A stretch of DNA of 64,000 nt from Trichosphaerium sp. ATCC 40318 (Eukaryota; Protista; Tubulinea). Positions 13,701 to 23,614 of the stretch are shown piece after piece (within the stretch, counting starts at the first letter, position 1; every line of letters begins with the position of its first letter). The position numbers and the translations under genes were made by a program. The stretch covers positions 48,922-112,921 of the forward strand of contig JALMLS010000307.1 in the NCBI GenBank assembly GCA_038496445.1, written 5' to 3'. Below the pieces are notes generated by a model. The model made no database searches, was not told where the DNA came from, and saw only the letters and a list, made by a program, of their open reading frames with translations.

Positions 13701-15191
13701 TCCACCATTTTGAAAAGTCCAGTCGCCGTTAATCACAGATGGTCTACTCTGCCTGACATTAAATTGACTATTACCATCCACAGAAGCCGTAAGGGTATCT
13801 GCTGCGACAAAAGAAAGAAGATTGAGCACTGGATCTGAGAAAACTTCTGTAGGAAGATCTCCAGTTTTGGTAAAAGTGTCTTGTAATGTGAAGGTGAAAA
13901 AGTCTGATTCTATGTTTGGTGGAGCATCAAATATGATTTCTCGTTTTCCAAAACCACCAGGAACATCCTGACTGTCGTCAATAATAGTATTCCTTAAAAA
14001 AAGAGCATCAGTAAGTGTAAAGATTTGTTAGGTTTTTTGGTTCGCCAAAGTCGTACAAGAAAGTATAATCTGGTAGGAGGTCAGGTTGATCAGTATCTCG
14101 AACAAAACTAAACTGAGCACCCACAGTGATAGGTCCAGCCACAAAATCTTGAATGAATGCTCCTGTAGAACGAAGAGAGAAGACTCCTCTAGTACCTTTA
14201 TTTCGAAGTCAGAGGCCGTGTTTTTTTTTTTCTTGAGATGTTCGAGAAAACGTTGAGTTTCGGTTTTTTGCGTACCCTGTTCTAGCGAATATCTTATCGC
14301 AGTGAATATAGTTCCACCAAACAAAAGACTACTCGAAGATGCACCAGAGTAAAAAAAAGAATAGCCAGCAAGAAAAGTTTGAAAAGAAGTAAAACTGACC
14401 TAAAGACACGTTACATAACGTCAAAGAATTTTTTTTTCTGTTTCTGAAAAGTTTTTTTCTTTTTTTTTTTTGGTAATTGAAACGTACTGTAGCCCCGTTT
14501 TGTATCACAAGATTTACTTGACCTAAAAGAGAACAGCATGAGAACCAAATAAATATATCTATTGGTTACCTGACTGAGGAGCGCGGAACAGAGGTGGAGG
14601 GGAGATAGGTGATGATATGGTTATATTATAAGGCATATCCACCGGAGCGTTAAATTCTACAACCTTAAAAAATGTTTTAGTGGCACGTGGTAAAAAAAAA
14701 ATATTGTGAAAAAAAAATGATAATTACGGAAATAGTCACGTGACAACAAAAAACAAAGACGTCGGTGTCGTGCTTTATAGCTTCCAGAACGGAAAAAAAA
14801 AAACTAAGGTAGAAACGTACAGCGTCGAATACTGGGTTTGTAGGAGGTACATTGATTTCACAAGTGCCAACAGGTCCACAGTCCCTGTTAGCAAAGTATT
14901 AAAAAAAACTTTAGGTCTTATACAAAATAGCATCGCTATTTAAACCACATACCAGTTGTTAGGATTTTCCCACTCACCAGGAGCCGTCTATTTAAAACAA
15001 CGCTATTAGCAACTAGCGACAACACGTTATAAATAACCGTACAGCTATCCAAGTGAACTGTGATGATTGTCCATAGGTTATTACCGCGTGGAGAGCGACT
15101 GTGGAGTGTTAGCATAGTATTTGATATATTATATAAGAGTTATTAATGTACCTAAGCATAGCCAAGTGCGAATTATAGCAAGAGACTTCAT
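10715..15191 (-). CDS. Large type-I membrane / cell-surface adhesin-like protein (many exons)
   Basis: Signal peptide MKSLAIIRTWLCL..., FTWIATAPGEWENPNNW motif, a long beta-rich region, a Pro/Thr stalk (~12060-12250), the TPILECLEE..AHFGYN domain, TM AAVGITIAVL..AAVVAAAGYVGYKK and a short cytoplasmic tail. Internal exon boundaries are approximate. Confidence 0.75.
12060..12255 (-). repeat. Pro/Thr-rich coding low-complexity repeat (PTPPPT)
   Basis: Plus-strand gtaggagggggt units encode PEPTPPPTPPPTLAPTDSPTPLPTAPPTQP on the minus strand. Confidence 0.8.
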
Positions 15192-15841
15192 GCTTGCGAA
15201 ATTAAAACCAAATTGTTTCTAAAATGTGTGCACCAACAAACCTTCACAAGGGAAACGAATAGGTCTCTTCAAAACAACCGAAAATGGATTGATTTTGGAG
15301 TCCACAATGCTAAACCGGAGGTTTATGGATCATTTCACTTCTTGCTATTAGTGCGTCTATTTAAAATGTGTGTTAAATAATATATAACCGAAAAGGTTAG
15401 TTAGGAAGCAGTGCAGTTAACGTACATACGCAGGAAAAAGCAGCTCAAGTTGCTTTTTTTTTTTAATCACGTGTTTTTGTATCTCATTATGTAGGGGTTG
15501 TCTACTATAATCAGGTCGAAATTTGGTGCCTTTAGATAAAGTTAATACAATACGAGCGAGATTTGGAGTTGTTTAGTATTGAGGCTCCTACCATTTTAGG
15601 CAAACGCCGAGATTTCCTTTCATTATTTCGCTGGATTTTAAAGCTTAGCCTAGTCCTCCTTCTCTACTGCTACTTTCATGGATTACTAAAGAGATAATGA
15701 CTCTTCTTTAATTAACTAATTACTACACACACCTAAGGCCATATGAGTGCGTCATCCACAGCGTCAGAAAGTTCACCAGCACGTTTTCTTTGGCCATAAA
15801 AAACTTGACAATCAAGGTAATTTTAACAGCCGAAACAACGC

Positions 15842-17908
15842 TCAAGGAGCACTAAAATAATGGCGATTCTTCCCGTGGCATCATTGCAGAAGTATTGTAA
15901 CCTGAATACATTAGAAATAGAGCGTCAATCACAAAGATATACCCCTTGGTTGAAGGCCATCATGGCGATCACTTAGAGTTCTTGCAAGACTGAGAATATT
16001 TTTAGGTGAACTTCTGAAATCCTTTGATATCATCGAGGCTAGACTCTGCAAGTCACCACGCCACCTTATTAAAATAGCTATTAGAACTGAAATGTCATAA
16101 AGTAACCGCTAGTTACCAGTAAGGCACCGTGACTAGTGTAATCCCTATCTGTGCGCATAGGTCCGCTTTCTCGACGTCACGTGCAGTCCTTGCAGTAGCT
16201 GGTAACCCTTCGACAAAAACGTTGTCATTAAAATGCTGTTCTCCTAGGTGAAAGCATTATTACAACAGAGTTCAGACAATAAACTCTAGAGTAAAGACAA
16301 GCGAACCTTGGTATTCAAGGGCAAGATTATATGCTCCAACAAATACATCAACGACCATTACAGATCCTGTAGAGTGTAATGTACCAAGATAATGCTCTTC
16401 TTCGACATGACAACCTTCGAATAAACGGCGCACTTGAGACAACAAGATATTCTGCATCGCCTTCTTCCCTGACATTCCAAACCTTGACCACTGCCAATTA
16501 AACTGAGGATCAATCAGCTGTAGAGCTAACGGATAGTATCTCATAATTGATCTACCACCGACACCCAGAAGCTGCTTTGTTGACACCCGATACCTAAACA
16601 TCAAATAAATAACAAGACGTTAGAGAGAGGGAGTAAGAAGAACTAGTGACGTGCCATGATTCCATTGAGTTTAGACCAAGATCCAAAGAAGCTTTTTTCA
16701 AAAAATTGCTTTGATTTACAGGATGCTGCCAGTACCCACGTGTAATAAATTTCCAGTTATACTCAGGGTATGCAAAGGTAATTGCTTTGTATATTGATCC
16801 TTTGAAACTTCGACATGATTAACATCAATGACTACCTTCAAGAGCTTTTGGACGTACACCTTTAGAACATTTTCACCTCCAAAATTTTTGATATCTGCCT
16901 TTGACATTCTGTACCAATCCTCAGCTTGCTTGATTGAAGCTCTCTTACTAATATTATCCATAATTATACGAACTTGCTTCCATTCAGTATCATCACATTG
17001 TAATACTGGTTTCATTCTAGGAACCAACTGAGTTGACAATCTTGAAACGTATAATTTTGTTCTGAACCCAAAAATTGGTGTAAAACTCTTTTATTTCTTC
17101 ACAATAGGGATAGAAAGCCAATAAAAAGTATACTTAATAGATAGTAAACTTGTCCGTACTTTTACCTTTTGATATCAAAAAGGCCTTGAGGGCTAAAGCT
17201 GAAGAGAACAAAAAAAACAAACAGAAAAGAAATACGAAAAAAAAAAGAAAAAAACTTACTTGACAAAACGAGATTGAACCCAATCATAGTCAGGATACGC
17301 AGCACTGACTAACCCATACACTCTGTAATCATGTCTATAAGATAACAACAGTTAAATAAAGGTCAACAACCCAAAGATAACGATAAATATGTTAGTACTT
17401 CTTAAGGAGAGATGCACCACCGACACGCTTGATATCAGCTGTTGTGACATTGTACCAATCTGATAATGTCTTGACACTTAATTTTAATCCAATAATCATG
17501 TTTGAAAACCTTGTAGTGTACTTTGATGTACGTTTTAGAGCTATTGGCGAGTTTCTTCGTTTGAATATTAACCAGATGCTTTTAGAGTGGCTATAACGTT
17601 ACCTAAAGCGCCATTGGTCCCATACTGCTTCTGGAAATACGTCTACGAGCATTGCGTGCATGGAATTTGAATACCTGGCGTTAAACTTGCTAACAATACG
17701 AGGCGTACTGGTTAATTACATTACCACCTCCATGGCGATGTATTTGTCTGTGTGTACAACCATACCAATCATCTCGTGTTTTTATTCCTTGTTTTCGCGC
17801 TTTGACGCCTATTAGCACAACCTCATAGAACCTTAGTTGCGTACCAACACTCTCAAAGAAAAGGCGTTTTGCAGTAAAACCATTTAACAAACCGGGTGGG
17901 ATTGCCAT
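15842..17908 (-). CDS. Tandem ~75-aa Trp-rich repeat protein (4 repeats) with C-terminal Vsr/DUF559-like PD-(D/E)XK nuclease domain (gene A)
   Basis: Spliced: FFESVARKQGIKTRDDWY...VFPEAVWDQWRF; LSVKTLSDWYNV..GGASLL..AYPDYDW; IKQAEDWYRM..AYPEYNW; GYWQHPVNQ..SMESWYRV. Nuclease: VMVVDVFVGAYNLALEYQGEQHF...RDVEKADLCAQIGITLVTVPYWW. Includes a GC-AG intron at 16594-16654. The 3' end is tentative. Confidence 0.8.
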
Positions 17909-18051
17909 TTACGTCTTTTCCTCACGAACAAGCGTTTACCTGGTTGCCAAATGAGACAGCACAAGAATTGAGTCAAAGTTAGTTCAACAACGCTAAAATC
18001 GTATACACTGCTTCTTTTACAACGTTCCGCAATTAATGTAAACCTTGTACA
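17909..18051. promoter_or_regulatory. Putative bidirectional promoter of the repeat-nuclease pair
   Basis: 143 bp separate the divergent ATGs at 17908 and 18052. Confidence 0.55.
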
Positions 18052-20418
18052 ATGTCAACGATGACAGCTGCAAGAACAACGCTCAACTACTATAATAATC
18101 CATTAAAACGGATCAAAAAAGCACCTGTAGATGCATGGGATAAGCATAGGGACAATATGGACGCTTTGGGTGAAAAACTAAATGTCACGCATTTAGACGG
18201 TTGGTATACATGCAAATGGGCAGAATTAGCGTCAGAAGGGCTTCCTGGTTTATCTACACTACAACCGTTAGTAATACCAACGTCAAACTACCTCTAACTT
18301 GCTTTATAGGCACAGTAAATCAAAATTAGCGCTATTAAATAGCGCATACCCTCAACACAATTGGAAACCCTTAAAACTCAAGTAAAAACGCTGTATTACT
18401 AACAACGACGCTAATAAAAGCTCTAGTGAACGACCAAAGGGGTATTGGAACCAAAAAACTCATCACCTACAGAAACTAGACGAGATTGCTGAATCAATGA
18501 ATGTGAAGCATCTTGACGACTGGTACAAAGTCACTCTCACAAAGATTCGTGCTCTTGGAGGGTCAAATGTCACTGACAGGTAATCTACAACCTCACCTCA
18601 TATCTACAGACCTTAACAATTTGTTAGATATGGTGATAGATTGGTTGACACCTTAGAGGGCTTGTATCCAAGTCATACTTGGATTCCTTGGAAGTTTGAG
18701 TACGGTTTTTTTTTATTGAAACGAAGTCTCATGTGTTTGTATTACTAGAGTGGCTCCTCCTGGTTATTGGGATAGAGTCAAGCATCAAAGGAAAAGGATG
18801 GAAGATATAGGTGAGCTATTGAAGTTCAAGACGATGGATATGTGGTACACTATGGCTTTTGACGATATTGTAAGCCTTGCTGGTACTTTCTTTAGCAAGT
18901 AAGTATTTTACTTAACGTCTCACATGTGTCGTGACATGCCTTTTTGAACTTTTTTGGTCTCATTTTTGTAAACAAGAGTGTATGGTGGATCGATGTATAC
19001 CACGATGGTCAATGTGTATCCAGAGATAGATTGGCAACCATGGAGGTTCTAGTAAGCATAGTAATCATTGAAACCAAGAAAACACTCCTTTTTTTTTTTG
19101 TCTTCAAGAGTTCGTTGAACTGATGAGAACTTTCCTTAGTCAGGTTCCAAAAGGTTATTGGGATATTATCGAAAATCAATTATATCGTTTTGACAGCTTA
19201 GCTGAAAGTCTTAACGTGAAAGAACTTGATGATTGGTACAAAGTAAAACATGAACAAATACTACAATCAGGCGCATATGGAATGCTCCAAAACAAGCACA
19301 ATTCATCGCTCTCAAGAGCTTTGACATCCCTATACCCAAAGCATAATTGGTCCTTCAAGTACGTATTATACTTTGGAAATAAAAAAATTACGCACGTGAC
19401 ATACAAAAGTCATCAAAAACTGCACTTTCACAGCTTCATTCTTGTTGGTCACTTTTCTTGTTTACTTTTTTGAAACTCATGTTCCATTAGGACTCGATTA
19501 GCTCTATACTACTGGCAAGATACAGAAAATCAACTCAATTTTCTGACAAGAGCCAAAGACAAGCTCAAAATCAACAAACTCGAAGACTGGTACAGCCACT
19601 ACTTTCAACAAAAACCAAAATCTGACGGGTTTTTTTGCATAACAGGTACCGCGTGGGTGCCTCACATTTGAAGCAGATTGGCGGTGCTGGTGTTGTGCAT
19701 TACTTTCCGCGTATGCTACAGATACTAGATCCTACATTCAATTGGGACTGGTCCTTGTTTTCTATAAGCAGTGCCAAGAAGGCAACACAGAGGTATCAAA
19801 CAAACATAACAATATTTTAAAAAAGATTTCTGAAACTCTAACTTCTCTTTTTCCAAATAGGCTACTGATTGCTTGTATCAAAGATATGTTCAGAGACCAT
19901 ATTGTTCTTGAAGAACATAGTGTTGGTATTAAACATACATCGGGCCTACAATTGGTCGTAGATGCTTTCTTGCCAAGTCTAAACTTAGCAATTGAATACC
20001 AAGGTAATTACGAACCCAAAAAAAAAGGAAAATTCTACATTGCTCAAACGCATCAAACTCAGGAGTCCTTATCCATTCATAGGTGAGCAACACTATCGTG
20101 ATCTAGTATATCATACTACTCCAACGGTTTCTATACAATACAAAGACCAAGAGAAGCTACAAAAGTGTCGTAACCACGGTAACCTCTTTTTCTGGTTTTT
20201 TTGCGTGAAAAAACTAATAAATTTATGTTTTTAAAGGTATCGACTTGATTCAAGTGCCATATTGGTGGAAGGGTGATGTTATTGGTCTTGCATCAATTAT
20301 AAGACATCAACGTCCAGATTTGTTGGAAGAATACAGTCAACATGCAGGACTATCTGAACTTGAGCCTGGTGCCAGCAAGATATTGAATCTAATGGCGCCA
20401 CATCAACTCAACTGCTAA
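18052..20418 (+). CDS. Tandem ~75-aa Trp-rich repeat protein (5 repeats) with C-terminal Vsr/DUF559-like PD-(D/E)XK nuclease domain (gene B, 12 exons)
   Basis: Repeats ERPKGYW..LDDWYKV..LYPSHTWIPWKFE (75 aa), VAPPGYW..MDMWY..VYPEIDWQPWRFY (75 aa) and QVPKGYW..LDDWYKV..LYPKHNWSFK (73 aa). Nuclease LVVDAFLPSLNLAIEYQGEQHY...KDQEKLQKCRNHGIDLIQVPYWW. Stop TAA 20416-20418. Confidence 0.85.
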
Positions 20419-20933
20419 AAGTCAACAGGCACGTGAAAACGTTTGATTTTCTTGCGTTTTTTGACAATTATCATAGACAGATAATGATACAATCAAGCAG
20501 TGTAAAATGAGCTAGGGACTAGCTCCGCGTCTTACGCTCAAGAGATAAGACACGTGGCTCCACCCAAACCTGCCACCCAAGCCTGTCACGCTATAGCCTG
20601 GCTTTTGTTAAAGACTGAGATCAAGGCGCAGAAGGAGCAGAACCTAAAGGGAAACATTTCATTCATTGTGGCTCAAAATGACACATTCGAAGGCGTTGTA
20701 AAAACCGATTGTCGGTTAAAGAAAGAGGAGTGGTCTACGGTTGCATGAATGCAACAGATAAAAACCCTAAACAATAATAATAACAAATTAGTAAAGCCTA
20801 GTGTACATGCCTCCATCTCAATCTGGCATCTTTTGGGTTTTGTTTAAGTGAATACCTTATTTTATAAGTTTTATTTGAAATGTTAAAAACAACTTATTGC
20901 TACGCATAACACCACACTTCCTCATAAGCACCA

Positions 20934-21434
20934 ATGCTAATTTCTTGCGTATCTAACTCATTTGGAACATTTGCTCCAGTAAACGATTTCCAACCTTCTG
21001 GCGCCCATACATATGCTGGCATTATGGACCACTACAAACCAGGCAATCCTAAAGCATTCTTTCGTCAATTCAAAGATATCATCGAAGAAGAATCACGCAA
21101 TAATACGCTAGACAAGTCTATACAGACCTTCATCTACCTTGGCGGTCGGGGCGACACGCCAGACTTACGCGTAACGCCAGACTCTTACGTCCTTGTTTGC
21201 TTTCTAGACGATGTTAAATCATTGGAGAGTATTGCTGTATTCGCAGATGGAGACAAGAGCTCATCTTGTACGTTGTTGGTTGGGCTGTACGCAGAAAAGA
21301 AGGATATTAAAGTAAGCAACGCTGAAATTACAGAGCTGGCTGCACACATGGGTGTGCCTTACTTTGAAACAGGTTCTTTGCGTGAAGCAAAAACTTTCTT
21401 TGAGAAACACTGTGCGAAAACAACAAAAAAGTAA
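20934..21434 (+). CDS. Intronless divergent small-GTPase-like protein (P-loop absent)
   Basis: C-terminal LLVGLYAEKKDIKVSNAEITELAAHMGVPYFETGS resembles the Ras/Rab G4-G5 region (ILVGNKxD..VS..E...LA...G.PYFETSA). No GxxxxGKS, DxxG or NKxD. Confidence 0.55.
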   Translation: MLISCVSNSFGTFAPVNDFQPSGAHTYAGIMDHYKPGNPKAFFRQFKDIIEEESRNNTLDKSIQTFIYLGGRGDTPDLRVTPDSYVLVCFLDDVKSLESIAVFADGDKSSSCTLLVGLYAEKKDIKVSNAEITELAAHMGVPYFETGSLREAKTFFEKHCAKTTKK

Positions 21435-21855
21435 AATAAACGGTTAAAAAAAAAAAAACTGTCACGTGTGTAACGTTCGTTAGATAATAAAAGAAGTTAA
21501 AATTTTTAATTCGAAAAGATTTGTAGGATAAAAAAAAACTTGTTTCAGTCACCATTAATTGAGTTGCGAACGTATGTACGACCAAACATCGCAGTGACAC
21601 TGGTGTCACAATCGCTAAACAGTCAACAAGCAAGACACTAAACGAAAACAATCCGAAAAAAAAAAAAAAAAAAGTGAAATGTGAGTGTCAAAGAAAAATG
21701 GAGCTGTCATAAAAACTCTGAACACCAAGGTGTATTATTTTTGATTCACCTGACATCGGGAGTAAGAATACCGAGTAGTTTTAGGTGATAAACAAGCCGT
21801 TTATTAATGATTTTACAAGCTGCAGTAAAACGCCATGAAAGAGCGTGTAACGCAA

Positions 21856-23328
21856 TTAGTTGCGACCACGGAAACCACCGCGAGTACCACGACCTAAGAG
21901 AAAAAAAAAAATAAGCAAAAAGCAAAAAAAATCGTTAAAACAAACAACAAACAGGCTACAACGCAGTGTAACGCTCAGCGTTCGTAAAAAAAATAAACAA
22001 TAATTGTCCATTGGCTACGTACCACGTCCTCGGCCTCTGCCACGACCACGACCAGCACCTTGACGAGTGAAGGTTCTGCCAGAAGCTGTCTTCTTCTCCT
22101 TTGGCAATTCTTGTTTTGCGCGATTCAAGATCTTCAATAGAGCAGTAACACGGTTTCTCATACGTGTGTGGAGGTGAGACTTGGAGCATTTAATGTGGTA
22201 GTGGAGGTAGTTTCTGAAGGTTTGAAGGATATTCACAGTTTTGAATCTTTTATTACCTTCAAAGTGTCTCTTAAAGAGCACTAAGCTGTTATTTAGCGCC
22301 AAGGAATAAAATTCTCGCGAGAAAAAGCGGTACAACGGAAGGAAAAAATAAAATCACAAATTTTAGCATAAAACGGCTCAAAAACGCACCAAAAGTAACG
22401 AAACCATCAGCAGTTACACCAGCGGAACGCAACTCCATAGGTGCTTCTCTTTGTGAAAAATCAACAGAAGGGGCACCACCAATGGATCGTTTGAACTCCT
22501 AAATCGGTTTAAACACTAGATTAATACTAAGGTAAACCCAACGAGCGGTTTTTAGCGCACAAAAAAATTCTAGCAGCAAGTAATTTTGGGATTTTTGAAA
22601 AAAAAAAAAAAAAAAAAAAGCTTTTAAACGGTAGACGGTCTACGCGTTTTTGTGGCTACGTACATTTAGAAATACTTTACCAATGACAATGTCATCCTTG
22701 TCTTTGAAATTAATAGTGAAAATAACTTGCACGCGGTCATTGCCCGAGGTTTTAATGTAAACTTTTTCGTCGGTCATTGCGCGAAATGGAATGCAAATCG
22801 GTTGGTCGATAGTTCCACCTTTTGTGAGTACATCGAAAGCATGCTCGAAAGGAGCGGAGTACAAGTGAGTCTTCATCATTGCGATGTCCGTGCACACTTT
22901 CTCTATACGCATTATTAGCGTTAAAGCGCGCTGGTAGTGTTTTTAAAGCTTCCTTGATTTGTTTGAGTGATCTTACCTGGGTTTTGTGGTAAACTGTTCA
23001 AGTCGATGCGAACAGTTACGTCGTAGCCTGGTTCAGTATCTACGACAAGTGGGCCATAAATGGACTTGGCTTTAGCGTCAGCGCCGTATTGTTTGAGCTC
23101 TTGAAAGCATTTGATAGAGATCGAGACGTTGAGCTCTGCTTTGTTGCCCTGTGTAGTATAAACGTGGTATTGGACGCCGTCAAAATCAGCACAAGTCATA
23201 TCAATACCAGTTTGCTTGCTTTATAGCGATCGTAAGGTACAATTCAAGAGATCATGTACATACGTTTGTTTGAGCTTCGCTTTGAGCGTCTCTTCCACAA
23301 TCTTGTTAGCTAGCTCGAGGAGGATCAT
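21856..23328 (-). CDS. ARPC2: Arp2/3 complex subunit 2 (p34-Arc) with RG-rich tail
   Basis: MILLELANKIVEETL; ADFDGVQYHV; FKDKDDIVIGKVFL|EF; LQTFRNYLHYHIKCSKSHLHTRMRNRV..LLKILNRAK; KKTASGRTF. Confidence 0.95.
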
Positions 23329-23614
23329 TATGCCTAGTGTGGTAGCAAATTTTTCTATCAGAATAGCTTTGACAACCGTTACCAGTCGGTTAAGCAGTTA
23401 AACCCTTTTTATTCACAAAAAAAAACCCAACTTGACGCGTAGACATAACAACTAAAACAGTGTAAAGCGAGTAGCGCTAAACTATTTTTACTACTTCTGT
23501 TTTTTTTGAAGTTTTTTTTGGTTTTTGAATGAATACCACAAATGCGAGTGTCAGGAGCGAAGCGCTTCTGTTTTTACAAAGGCTTTTCATAGAAAGAGCC
23601 ATGTGGGAGGATGA

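Noticed and set aside
18580-18627. CCTTAAC branch-like motif suggesting a U12 intron in gene B
   Set aside because: The donor is GTAATC, not RTATCC, so it is consistent with an ordinary U2 intron.
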